The notes: generated from the sequence alone by a model not told the origin. A stretch of DNA of 64,000 bases from Candidatus Omnitrophota bacterium (GCA_024542975.1 JAMXCZ010000001.1:24141-88140); one strand, 5' to 3'. Counted from the first letter of the stretch, positions 23,712 to 32,467 are shown. Numbers and translations: made by a program.

Positions 23712-23894
23712 TTACCTCAGTACAAAATTAATGACGTTTGACCAGATGAAATCGCAGAATGCGATAAATATAGCCAGAATAATTACCGAAACAATAACGA
23801 CTATCGTAGAGTTGATGAGCTCTTGCCTGGTTGACCATGAAACCTTTTTCAGCTCAAGCTTAACCTCGTTTACAAACTTCGCGATTTTATTCAT
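23712..23894 (-). CDS. secE: Preprotein translocase SecE (single TM)
   Basis: ELKKVSW motif plus hydrophobic helix; between tRNA-Trp and nusG. Confidence 0.95.
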   Translation of the reverse strand: MNKIAKFVNEVKLELKKVSWSTRQELINSTIVVIVSVIILAIFIAFCDFIWSNVINFVLR

Positions 23895-23952
23895 TCGTAT
23901 TACGTTCTATCTGTTTTCGCACGTTTTCGGCCTCTTTCCCGGAATTTCGAAG

Positions 23953-24027
23953 TGGCAGGAGCGGCAGGAATCGAACCTGCAGTCACGGCTTTGGAGACCG
24001 TTGGTTTGCCAATTAACCGACGCTCCT
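23953..24027 (-). tRNA. tRNA-Trp(CCA), 3' CCA encoded
   Basis: AGGAGCG...CTCCAAA anticodon loop...GGTTCGATTCC...CGCTCCTGCCA cloverleaf. Confidence 0.95.
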
Positions 24028-24047
24028 AACCCAGATTGCTAATTGCA

Positions 24048-24197
24048 CTATTTAATTTCTTTATGTTTCGTGTGTTTCCTGCAAAATGGACAATATTTCG
24101 AGCGCTCCATCCGCGTCGGGTTTTTCTTTTTATTTTTTATAGAACTGTAATTTCTGTTTTTGCACTCCGGGCATTCAAATGTTATTATGTCTTGCAC
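24048..24197 (-). CDS. rpmG: 50S ribosomal protein bL33, Zn-binding type (49 aa; below ORF-track cutoff)
   Basis: GTG start; [48 protein letters not shown]. Confidence 0.95.
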   Translation of the reverse strand: MQDIITFECPECKNRNYSSIKNKKKNPTRMERSKYCPFCRKHTKHKEIK

Positions 24198-24199
24198 GG

Positions 24200-25396
24200 T
24201 TATTCGCTAATCTCCGTTACCACACCGGCTCCTACGGTGTGCCCGCCTTCGCGTATGGCGAAGCGCAGGCCTTTTTCCATTGCTATGGGCTCTATGAGGA
24301 CTATATCCATCGTTACGTTGTCGCCGGGCATCACCATTTCAACGTCTTTGGGCAGCGTAACGCTTCCGGTTACGTCGGTGGTTCTGAAGTAGAACTGCGG
24401 CCTGTAGCCGTTAAAGAAGGGTGTGTGGCGGCCTCCCTCTTCTTTCGTAAGGATGTAGGCCTCTCCCTTGCATTTTGTGTGGGGGGTTATGGTGCCGGGT
24501 TTAGCGAGCACCTGGCCTCGCATGAGGTCCTTCTTCTCTACGCCTCTAAGGAGGACACCAATGTTATCGCCTGCCTGGCCGTGGTCGAGTATCTTTCGGA
24601 ACATTTCAACGCCTGTTACTACGCTCTTCTTGGTGGGTTTAAGGCCTACGAGCTCTATCTCTTCGCCTGTTTTCACCTGGCCGCGTTCTACCCGGCCTGT
24701 GCCTACGGTGCCTCTTCCGGTTATGCTGAATACATCTTCTATCGGCATGAGGAAGGGCTTATCTATGTCTCTCTTGGGTGTGGGAATAAAGTCGTCTACG
24801 GCTTTCATCAGTTCAAATATGCATTTTACGGCCTCTGCGTCATCGGGAGAGCGCATGGCTTTGAGAGCGCTTCCTTTTACAACCGGCGTCTTATCTCCCG
24901 GGAACTTATATTTTGTCAGAAGCTCTCTTACTTCGAGTTCTACGAGGTCTAAGAGCTCTTTGTCATCTACGAGGTCTATCTTATTGAGGAAGACTACGAT
25001 TGCGGGAACGTTTACCTGGCGGGCTAAGAGTATGTGCTCCCTTGTCTGGGGCATGGGGCCGTCTGCGGCTGATACTACGAGTATGGCGCCGTCCATCTGG
25101 GCTGCGCCGGTTATCATGTTTTTGATGTAGTCGGCGTGGCCGGGGCAGTCTATGTGGGCGTAATGCCGCTTTTCGGTCTCGTATTCAACGTGCGCTACTG
25201 CGATGGTAAGGATCTTGTTTTTGTCCCTTACCAATCCGCCTTTTGCGATTTCCGCATAGCTTTTGGCCTGAGCCTGGCCTTTTGTTGCAAGGACAGTGGT
25301 TATAGCGCTTGTGAGACAGGTCTTGCCGTGGTCAATATGTCCAATGGTGCCTACATTCACATGAGGTTTTGTGCGTTCAAACTTTTGCTTTGCCAT
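24200..25396 (-). CDS. tuf: Elongation factor Tu (tRNA-cluster copy)
   Basis: Protein identical to 8805..10001. Confidence 0.99.
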   Translation of the reverse strand: MAKQKFERTKPHVNVGTIGHIDHGKTCLTSAITTVLATKGQAQAKSYAEIAKGGLVRDKNKILTIAVAHVEYETEKRHYAHIDCPGHADYIKNMITGAAQMDGAILVVSAADGPMPQTREHILLARQVNVPAIVVFLNKIDLVDDKELLDLVELEVRELLTKYKFPGDKTPVVKGSALKAMRSPDDAEAVKCIFELMKAVDDFIPTPKRDIDKPFLMPIEDVFSITGRGTVGTGRVERGQVKTGEEIELVGLKPTKKSVVTGVEMFRKILDHGQAGDNIGVLLRGVEKKDLMRGQVLAKPGTITPHTKCKGEAYILTKEEGGRHTPFFNGYRPQFYFRTTDVTGSVTLPKDVEMVMPGDNVTMDIVLIEPIAMEKGLRFAIREGGHTVGAGVVTEISE

Positions 25397-25430
25397 TGTT
25401 TAGCCCTCCTATTCATTAATAACCCACGAC

Positions 25431-26105
25431 TCATGACTTACCGCTTACAGCAGAGCCCATGATCGGCTTCGAACCGATGACCTCATCCTTACCATGGATG
25501 TGCTCTACCAACTGAGCTACATGGGCATATTCTCTCGCCCAATCTTTGATTATGCCTAAAAGTTTCGTATTGTGTACGTATATTGTAATCGTACCGAATT
25601 CCGAATGCCTCTTTACGCTTCCGCCGTTTCGGTTTTTCAAAATTGTCGTTTTTGTAAATTGGGTTATCGCGAGGCCTAGAAATTTTGCCCAGTACCCCTT
25701 CGCCTTTTTACGCGAAATATCCGGGTACACGATCAAAGACATTTTTATCTTATCGTTTTCCACTCCGCAGACAACTTTTAAAAATTTAACAAAAATTTTC
25801 ACGAGCGCGGGATTGGAATTGGAAAAACGCACTGAGTTTTTATTTTTTGTATTTCCTTCTGTGAGATAAAGCCCAAGCGCCATCGCCTTCAGATGGTCTT
25901 CTTCGGGTGTAAGATCTGACAGGATATCGAAGGGGTCACCGCTTCGGTTATTCTTGATGTAGGAAGCCTCTTTGTGGCTACGTATGGTGATCTTATTTAA
26001 AGACAGTACTCCGCGTACTTTTCTCGTCGAAATGCCATACATGGAGGCCACTTCACTCACTGAATTTCCGCTTCTGTAACTCCTAATGATTTCACCGGTT
26101 TCCAT
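25431..26105 (-). CDS. HTH plus single-motif LAGLIDADG-like (homing endonuclease-type) protein; C-terminus encoded by the tRNA-Thr gene
   Basis: N-terminal HTH (SVSEVASMYGISTRKVRGVL); AMALGLYLTEG helix followed by VRFSNSNPALVKIFVKFL, YWAKFLG and FGTITIYV; AGGA SD. Confidence 0.7.
   Translation of the reverse strand: METGEIIRSYRSGNSVSEVASMYGISTRKVRGVLSLNKITIRSHKEASYIKNNRSGDPFDILSDLTPEEDHLKAMALGLYLTEGNTKNKNSVRFSNSNPALVKIFVKFLKVVCGVENDKIKMSLIVYPDISRKKAKGYWAKFLGLAITQFTKTTILKNRNGGSVKRHSEFGTITIYVHNTKLLGIIKDWAREYAHVAQLVEHIHGKDEVIGSKPIMGSAVSGKS
25454..25526 (-). tRNA. tRNA-Thr(GGT), CCA not encoded
   Basis: GCCCATGTAGCTCAGTTGGTAGAGCACATCCATGGTAAGGATGAGGTCATCGGTTCGAAGCCGATCATGGGCT. Confidence 0.95.
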
Positions 26106-26153
26106 GCTTTCCTGCTTCTGTAGGAGAAACTCGTTCAGGGTAACAAAGTCCTA

Positions 26154-26181
26154 AATATACCACATAAAGCCCGTTTGTCAA
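26154..26181 (-). promoter_or_regulatory. sigma70-type promoter upstream of the LAGLIDADG-like ORF, tRNA-Thr and tuf
   Basis: TTGACA-16 nt-TATATT with extended -10 TG; A-tracts upstream (UP-element-like). Confidence 0.75.
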
Positions 26182-26218
26182 GCCTTTTTTTAACTTTTTT
26201 TAGCTTTTTTATCATAGC

Positions 26219-26354
26219 TGTCCAAATTAGCTACCGTGTCATTCCTGTGAAGCTTGTCCCTGCGAAAGCAGGGACAAGCTTCACAGGAATGACAGAGAAA
26301 ACGGACTTTTGGCACAGTCTGTTCGCGGGAATGGCACGGTAGCAAATTTGGACA
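26219..26354. repeat. Nested palindromic element (MITE/REP-like)
   Basis: Perfect 27-bp stem with GAAA loop (26237-26294) inside outer 27-bp inverted repeats with 2 mismatches (26219-26245 / 26328-26354). Confidence 0.85.
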
Positions 26355-26635
26355 CGAGTGAAAAAGTACATGCAATTTTTAGCCGAACAGTTTACCTTCA
26401 TAGACGCGAGCGTGAAAACCTCTGCCGCGTTGAGGGCTTTATTGTATATCCTGACATCATCCATTGCGCCGCTGAAATAATATCCTCCCGCCTTTCCTAT
26501 GCTGAAAGGGGTGGTCATTCTATTTAACAAATCCACTTTTCTTGTTACAGATGCATCTTTTTCCAGTACTCCATTTGCATAGAAATCAATATCTTCACCC
26601 CGTTTGCCTACAGTGATAGTTATATGCTGCCAGGT
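26355..26635 (-). pseudogene. C-terminal half of a LamG/ConA-like domain, 5'-truncated
   Basis: TWQHITITV...FYANGVL...FSIG...YFSGAMDDVRIYNKALNAAEV; no N-terminal half or signal peptide; similarity ends at the adjacent inverted repeat. Confidence 0.75.
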
Positions 26636-26638
26636 GAG

Positions 26639-26794
26639 AAAAAGGGGACGGTTCTCACTAAGATGTTCTGGATGAATGAGTTATGGCCAATTTATGCCTT
26701 ATTTAAAAAAACATGTAAAGGGTTGTGAAAATATCAATGAATAATTACGTAACTCCATGCTGCTTAATGAGACAGCAAGAACCGTCCCCTTTTT
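26639..26794. mobile_element. 156-bp non-coding element with perfect 17-bp terminal inverted repeats (MITE-like)
   Basis: AAAAAGGGGACGGTTCT (26639-26655) and AGAACCGTCCCCTTTTT (26778-26794) around an AT-rich core. Confidence 0.65.
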
Positions 26795-26986
26795 ATGGTT
26801 CGCGCTAGTGGCGAACACTGCATCAATGTTAACTCTTACAAAAGTTAGCTATAATCGATTACCTTTTATGGGGCATCGGGTATACTTATTTTAGGTATAT
26901 AGCCGAGGTTTAAACCTTCTATCCGAGATGTTTTTTTGGCGATTAACTTAAAGTTTTGAAAAGTTTTGGAAGAGGGGGAAAATGAA

Positions 26987-29900
26987 ATGAAAACGAAAAG
27001 CATAGTCAGAATAGGTGCGATATTATGTTTCCTTGTTTTCGTAGCTGTGTTTTCTTCGGGAAATCCCGCATATGGGTTGTTGGATGAGAGTAGATCTAGA
27101 CAACGAAACCTGCTGGAAGCAGATCACCCCTACGCTCCCGGTGAGGTTTTGGTTAAGTTCAAAGAAGGGGTAGACCCGCAAGTAGCGCTCGAGAAGGGTA
27201 AAGTACGCGCCCAAAGCATTCAGCGCGCCTATTCTGTAAAGCCGGAGATAGCAAAATTTAAAAAAGACTACGCATTAGAAAGAGACCAAAACGGCTGGTA
27301 TTGGTTTAGGGGTAAAAACTACAAAGAAAGCGCCGATATCTCTGATGAGGAGTTCTTTCAGGAGGTTTACGCAGAGATGAGCCCTGAGAAAAAATCGCTC
27401 TATCGGACGTACAAAATAATCCTTCCCGAGAATATGAACGTTAAAGACGCAGTGATTAGATTACAACACGAGCCGTCTGTAGAATATGCCGAACCTAATT
27501 ATATTGCGAAAGCCTTTGCGGTGCCGAACGATCCTTATTACAACTCAAACGGAAGCTGGGGTCAGTCCTATGATGATTTGTGGGGGCTGAAGAAAATTCG
27601 GTGTCAAGCGGCTTGGAATGTCTCCCAGGGGGAAGGGGTGGTTGTCGCAGTGATAGATTCAGGGGTCGATTATAATCACGAAGATTTTTTCAAGGATGAA
27701 AACGGTAATGGCAGGTTAGACGAGGGTGAGCAATATAACATCTGGATAAATGAGGGCGAAATTCCGGGTAATGGTATCGATGATGACGCCAATGGCTATG
27801 TAGATGATATCTATGGTTATGACTTTGTTTATGGCGATCCAGATCCTTCCGATTTTTTTGGTCACGGTACCCATTGCGCCGGGACAATAGCCGCTGTTGG
27901 CAATAATAACTTGGGAGTTATTGGAGTTGCACCCAAGGCAAAGATTATGGTTCTTAAGGGGCTGAGCGACGACAGAGGATCCGGTAATAACGACACACTT
28001 GTAAATTGTATTAAGTATGCTGCGGATAATGGCGCGCATATTATCAGCAATTCCTGGGGAGGGCCAAGCGCACAAGCGTACAAAGATGTTTTTGCTTACG
28101 CCCAATCTCAAGGTTGTTTATCAATAGCTGCAGCGGGCAATAGCGGTGGGGATGAAATATTTTATCCTGCAGGCCTCTCAACTGTAATGGCTGTTTCCGC
28201 ATCCGATCACAATGACCAAATATGCCTTTTCTCTACTTACGGTGAGCACATAGAGGTTTCAGCTCCGGGTGGCGGCATACAAGATGAATTCGGCGGAGGC
28301 AGGGATGACCTATATAATATTTTATCCACCATGTCTGATAATTCAAAATTAGCTAAAAGTCACCCTAAACTTAAAATTTCCAATGGCTACTGGCGGATGG
28401 CAGGAACTTCCATGGCTTGTCCGCACGTAGCGGGCGTAGCCGCTTTGGCGCGTTCGATTTTTCCCGGTTTGACCAATGAAGAAATACGTCAGAAAATTCA
28501 AGCCGCTTCGAATGATATTGGCGAGGCGGGTAAAGATATTTATTTTGGCTACGGGCGAGTGGATGCATACGGCACTTTGCTAACTTTCGTTATTGATATA
28601 ACCTCTCCTCAACACCAAAGCTATATTCGCGGGAATGTAGATGTTTTTGGTAATGCCTTTGTTGGTGATGGCAAGTTTCAGAGCTATGAGCTTTACTGCG
28701 CTTCCAAAGATAATTCCGGCGAAGAGCCCCCTGTTTTGATTATCTCTTCCAATAATCCTGTCCAAGATGGATTTTTAACCCTGCCTGATAAGCCGTGGGA
28801 TACCACTCAATGCTCTGAAGGAAGCAATATTCTTACTCTAAAAGTTATTACTACAGACGGCGTTGAGTTGACAAGTTTTATCGGGGTAATTATCGACAAT
28901 GAGAATCAACCTCCCGAATTTATTAATCTTAGGGATAAACAGGTAGCCGTAGACGAAATTATTAGGTTTAAAGTAGAAGCGCAAGACCCGGATGACCCCA
29001 AACATCCTTTAGGATGGGGGGAATTAGTCTATTCCGCAGATAGCCTTCCTGAAGGTGCGGAGTTTAATCCGCAGACTCAAATCTTTTTCTGGCGTCCTGG
29101 CGAACTAGGCGTCTACGAAGTTAGTTTCAAGGTAAGCGACAGTGCTTATACCATAGCAAGAACCATAGCCATTACTACACATGTTATGCAGAAAATGCGG
29201 ATAACCACCGAACTTTCATACAAAGATTCCGCCCATATTTATATGGATAAGATTGTTTGGATGGACGATCGTAATAACGGCCAGCCTGATATTTATCTGT
29301 ACGATCTATCCACGGGTCGGGAGATTCAAGTGACCGATAGTAGTTATGCCGAGCTAGACCCTTTTGTTTACGAAGATAAAATTCTCTGGTGGGATGGCTC
29401 AAGCGAAATGTACGCTGAATACCCTTATATAAACTACGATATCTTCATGCGCACCTATGATTCTCTTACCGGCAAACTCGGCCCAATAATCCAGGTAACA
29501 ACCGACCCTCACGCACAATCCGTACCTAAAATGTACAAAGATAAAATTCTCTGGACTGATAACCGAAACGGCATGCTTGATGTTTACTTACGTACTTACG
29601 ATTCTTCTACGGGTGAGTTGGGCCCGGAAGTCGCAATAACTTCCGATCCCGACTACTATCAGTATCAGGCATCTATGTATGAAGATACGATTGTTTGGGC
29701 CGATGAACGAGTGGGCCAATTGTATTATTTTGGTATTTACATGCGTACTTATGATTCTTCCACAGGTGAGTTAGGGCCGGAAATTGGAGTATGTACGAAT
29801 CCTAGCATGCAGATAGGTCCTCTTATCAATAGAGATAGAATTGTCTGGCTGGACTGGCGAAATGGAGGCATTCAAAACCCCGATATTTATATGCGTGGGT

Positions 29901-30649
29901 ATGACTCTTCCACCGGGGAGCTTGGCCCAGAGATGCCGCTTGTTACCAACCCTTCAAAACAGGTGTGTGGAAGAATATATGAAAACAATGTCCTCTGGGT
30001 TGATGATCGCTTTGCTGATGGTCTACCATTTGCGGCATATGATTTCGACATCTATATGTATAATTTATCTACCGATCAAGAAATCCGGATAACTGATGAG
30101 ACAGGATATCAGTATGGTCCCTCTATGTATCATAACCGAATTGTCTGGTCTGGTTACGATTTAGAAGATAAAGGCTATGCTATTTATATGCTCTCAATAT
30201 TTTTATCCCCTCAAATTACCTCTCTTAGCCCGACTACGGTTTCAATTGGTTCCACTATTACCATAACAGGCAATAACTTTGGCTATACCGTGGAAAGAGC
30301 AGGCGTGAAATTTGCTAATGGAGTTCATGCGCTCATTGACTCATGGTCTAACGATGAGATTACCTGTAGGGTGCCGGAAGGGGCGCAATCAGGTTTGTTA
30401 AAAGTGATTACAAGAGGGGGAGAAAGCGAAGGGGTTCAGATAACAGTGGGGGTTCCTAGCGGTCTACCCGGTGATGTCAACGGTGACGGCAAAGTCGACA
30501 TACTCGACCTCAATATCGTAGCCCGGGCGTTCGGCTCGAGTAAAGGCGATCCCGGCTGGGATGCGAGGGCTGACCTTGATATAAGCGGCACAGTTGGCAT
30601 AGGCGACCTCATAATCGTGGCAAGGAATTTCGGGAAAGTGGCGGGTTGA
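26987..30649 (+). CDS. Secreted S8 subtilase: propeptide, catalytic domain, Ig-like domains, beta-propeller repeats, IPT/TIG domain and C-terminal dockerin
   Basis: Signal peptide; triad VIDSG / HGTHCAG / GTSMACP; AAAGN oxyanion motif; IVW.D.RNG..DIY repeats; PQITSLSP...ITGNNFG...WS; GDVNGDGKVDILD...ADLD. Confidence 0.9.
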   Translation: MKTKSIVRIGAILCFLVFVAVFSSGNPAYGLLDESRSRQRNLLEADHPYAPGEVLVKFKEGVDPQVALEKGKVRAQSIQRAYSVKPEIAKFKKDYALERDQNGWYWFRGKNYKESADISDEEFFQEVYAEMSPEKKSLYRTYKIILPENMNVKDAVIRLQHEPSVEYAEPNYIAKAFAVPNDPYYNSNGSWGQSYDDLWGLKKIRCQAAWNVSQGEGVVVAVIDSGVDYNHEDFFKDENGNGRLDEGEQYNIWINEGEIPGNGIDDDANGYVDDIYGYDFVYGDPDPSDFFGHGTHCAGTIAAVGNNNLGVIGVAPKAKIMVLKGLSDDRGSGNNDTLVNCIKYAADNGAHIISNSWGGPSAQAYKDVFAYAQSQGCLSIAAAGNSGGDEIFYPAGLSTVMAVSASDHNDQICLFSTYGEHIEVSAPGGGIQDEFGGGRDDLYNILSTMSDNSKLAKSHPKLKISNGYWRMAGTSMACPHVAGVAALARSIFPGLTNEEIRQKIQAASNDIGEAGKDIYFGYGRVDAYGTLLTFVIDITSPQHQSYIRGNVDVFGNAFVGDGKFQSYELYCASKDNSGEEPPVLIISSNNPVQDGFLTLPDKPWDTTQCSEGSNILTLKVITTDGVELTSFIGVIIDNENQPPEFINLRDKQVAVDEIIRFKVEAQDPDDPKHPLGWGELVYSADSLPEGAEFNPQTQIFFWRPGELGVYEVSFKVSDSAYTIARTIAITTHVMQKMRITTELSYKDSAHIYMDKIVWMDDRNNGQPDIYLYDLSTGREIQVTDSSYAELDPFVYEDKILWWDGSSEMYAEYPYINYDIFMRTYDSLTGKLGPIIQVTTDPHAQSVPKMYKDKILWTDNRNGMLDVYLRTYDSSTGELGPEVAITSDPDYYQYQASMYEDTIVWADERVGQLYYFGIYMRTYDSSTGELGPEIGVCTNPSMQIGPLINRDRIVWLDWRNGGIQNPDIYMRGYDSSTGELGPEMPLVTNPSKQVCGRIYENNVLWVDDRFADGLPFAAYDFDIYMYNLSTDQEIRITDETGYQYGPSMYHNRIVWSGYDLEDKGYAIYMLSIFLSPQITSLSPTTVSIGSTITITGNNFGYTVERAGVKFANGVHALIDSWSNDEITCRVPEGAQSGLLKVITRGGESEGVQITVGVPSGLPGDVNGDGKVDILDLNIVARAFGSSKGDPGWDARADLDISGTVGIGDLIIVARNFGKVAG

Positions 30650-30653
30650 AATA

Positions 30654-30713
30654 GGAGCCTTTTCACGTCCCGGGCAGATGCTATCTTTCGGGCAAAGCTC
30701 CACAAAATTTTTT
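30654..30713. terminator. Imperfect hairpin between convergent genes, possible terminator
   Basis: GGAGC...GCTCC closing stem with inner CCCGG/TCGGG and AGAT/ATCT pairing, followed by an A/T run. Confidence 0.4.
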
Positions 30714-30721
30714 CGAGTGAT

Positions 30722-31294
30722 TTAGTTTGAGCGGAGATGCTGGTCTACGTACTGGGCAATCATCTCGCGTATTTTGGCCGGCGGCAGGACTTTGAAATAG
30801 GCGCGGATAAGAGCGTGCGCAATTTCGTGTAAGAGTGTCGCCTCCGTACTCGTATTTGCGTAAGTGGTTATGGAATTGGTCGCGTGAGAATAAAAGGCGA
30901 TCGGGCCTCTTTCGTAGTGACGGTACACGTATATTTTTATGTGGAACCGCGCGGGATACATGTCGAGAATGGCCTCGACTTTTTCAACCAGCCTATCGAT
31001 CCTGTTTTTGGCGAGGCCGGGATATGAGTATATGTTTATCTCCTGGTCGCCCGTTATGTTCCAGAGAAAGGCCTCCAGGTCTTCTTCGTGAGTATAGAAT
31101 ATCGTGGTATATGCAGTCGAAAACGTTTCGAATTCTTCCGTCGCCTCGAGGCCGGTAATTTCTTCGACCGCTTCCTTGTTTTCGATCGCTTCTATGGATT
31201 CGGAATCTTCGGCAGGGGTTTCGGCGGCGATTGAGTAAGGTGCTTGAATAAAAAGGAGTGAGACAACAAGGAGGCTCTGGAAAAGTTTGCTCAT
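30722..31294 (-). CDS. Secreted hypothetical protein with HEXXH (minimal zincin-like)
   Basis: Signal peptide, acidic linker, TLLHEIAHALI and a downstream Glu (REMIA). Confidence 0.7.
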   Translation of the reverse strand: MSKLFQSLLVVSLLFIQAPYSIAAETPAEDSESIEAIENKEAVEEITGLEATEEFETFSTAYTTIFYTHEEDLEAFLWNITGDQEINIYSYPGLAKNRIDRLVEKVEAILDMYPARFHIKIYVYRHYERGPIAFYSHATNSITTYANTSTEATLLHEIAHALIRAYFKVLPPAKIREMIAQYVDQHLRSN

Positions 31295-31298
31295 ACGG

Positions 31299-31874
31299 CT
31301 AGGAGGTTTTGAAAAAGGCGATTTTATCTTTTATTTTGGATATCGCATCCTTTACCTCTTTCACATGCGCGTCATTCGCATACCGCCCCGCAAAATCATC
31401 CGCCTCTCCCGTGGCGCGCTTTACCTCTTTAAGGCGACTGTCAATTGCGTCCAATGCCTTGTTGAGCGCCGTTTGCATTTCCTTAAGCTGGTCGGCTTTG
31501 CGCAATTTCACGCGTCCGACAAAATTCCCTTCGGCCATCTCACCCAGGGTTTTCTCAAACCTGAAAAGTGGGCCTGCGATCCTGTGAGAAAGCAGGACAA
31601 ATATAACGCTGCCCGCAAGCGCCATCGCCGTCCCGACAACGAGCGCAATTATCGCAAAGCTTGCGACAAAGAAGCTGGAGGTCCTTTCGATTACAAAGTG
31701 CGACCCGGAATAACCGGTCGTGAGCGTCTCGCCTGACATGTGCATAAAAAGCCCCGTGATAAAAAGCGCCTCGACAAGCAAAAGAAAAATGAAACCGAGA
31801 ATAAACTTTGTCTGGAAGGATTTTTTTATAAAATAATTTTTCCGCATCATTGGTTTTTTCCCGAATGCCTTCAT
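31299..31874 (-). CDS. Two-TM HAMP-domain protein without an output domain
   Basis: Two TM helices, SHRIAGPLFRF...EGNF...LRKADQ HAMP, short coiled coil. Confidence 0.75.
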   Translation of the reverse strand: MKAFGKKPMMRKNYFIKKSFQTKFILGFIFLLLVEALFITGLFMHMSGETLTTGYSGSHFVIERTSSFFVASFAIIALVVGTAMALAGSVIFVLLSHRIAGPLFRFEKTLGEMAEGNFVGRVKLRKADQLKEMQTALNKALDAIDSRLKEVKRATGEADDFAGRYANDAHVKEVKDAISKIKDKIAFFKTS

Positions 31875-32467
31875 TTTACGACTTCCTTTGCTATTAGTTT
31901 TTTGTTGATCTGTATTTCTGATCCCATTTTTTTCTCCTCCAGCCAGCTCTCGAGCTTCTCGGCCTTCTTTCTTCTCGTTATGGCTTCTTTTACCCGGTCA
32001 TGGATCTCTTCAAGAGGCGGAAGATTGGAGTTTTTCCCCGTAATGCTCTTGTAGTATAGCTCCACTTCCCCGTCAGTTACGAAAACGTAACGGTCTAATT
32101 CCTCATTTTTACGGTTAACGAAATCCCGTATCAGCGTCTGCTCCCAGAACGCCTTTATCGTATCAACAAAACCCTGTTCTTCAGCCATTTTTTTATCCAT
32201 GGCTTCCTGTATAATGAGTTGCCTCTTAATTAAATTATCGACCAGGTCATCCAACATCTTCCCGTCAACCTCGAGGGTGGGATCCTGCCTCACCCTGTTT
32301 GAAATCTCACGCCTAAGTTCTTTGAGGTAAATGGGTTTGCCATTTACGGTCGCAACGGAGGTAGTTTCTTCTTTTTCTTGGGAGCCGCAGCCAGGCAGGA
32401 ACAAAAGAGCCGCAAGTATCATTGCCGAAAACGATCTGTACTTTGCGATTTCCTTCATGTGTTTCAT
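31871..32467 (-). CDS. Lipoprotein with SurA N-terminal-like domain (no PPIase domain)
   Basis: Lipobox LPGC; VATVNGKPI, LI.RQLIIQEA, VTDGEVELYY, PPLEEI. Confidence 0.75.
   Translation of the reverse strand: MKHMKEIAKYRSFSAMILAALLFLPGCGSQEKEETTSVATVNGKPIYLKELRREISNRVRQDPTLEVDGKMLDDLVDNLIKRQLIIQEAMDKKMAEEQGFVDTIKAFWEQTLIRDFVNRKNEELDRYVFVTDGEVELYYKSITGKNSNLPPLEEIHDRVKEAITRRKKAEKLESWLEEKKMGSEIQINKKLIAKEVVK

Noticed and set aside
25454-26105. Group I intron or intein hosting the LAGLIDADG-like ORF
   Set aside because: The tRNA is uninterrupted, tuf has no insertion, and no intron core or intein splice motifs are recognisable; the ORF is free-standing.
26190-26375. 61-aa minus-strand ORF (CHSCEACPC) as a small Cys-rich protein
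   Set aside because: It is a translation of the palindromic repeat, not a credible gene.
29440-29940. Repeats in the protease as a diversity-generating retroelement TR/VR pair
   Set aside because: Differences are mostly synonymous rather than adenine-specific, and no reverse transcriptase is present.
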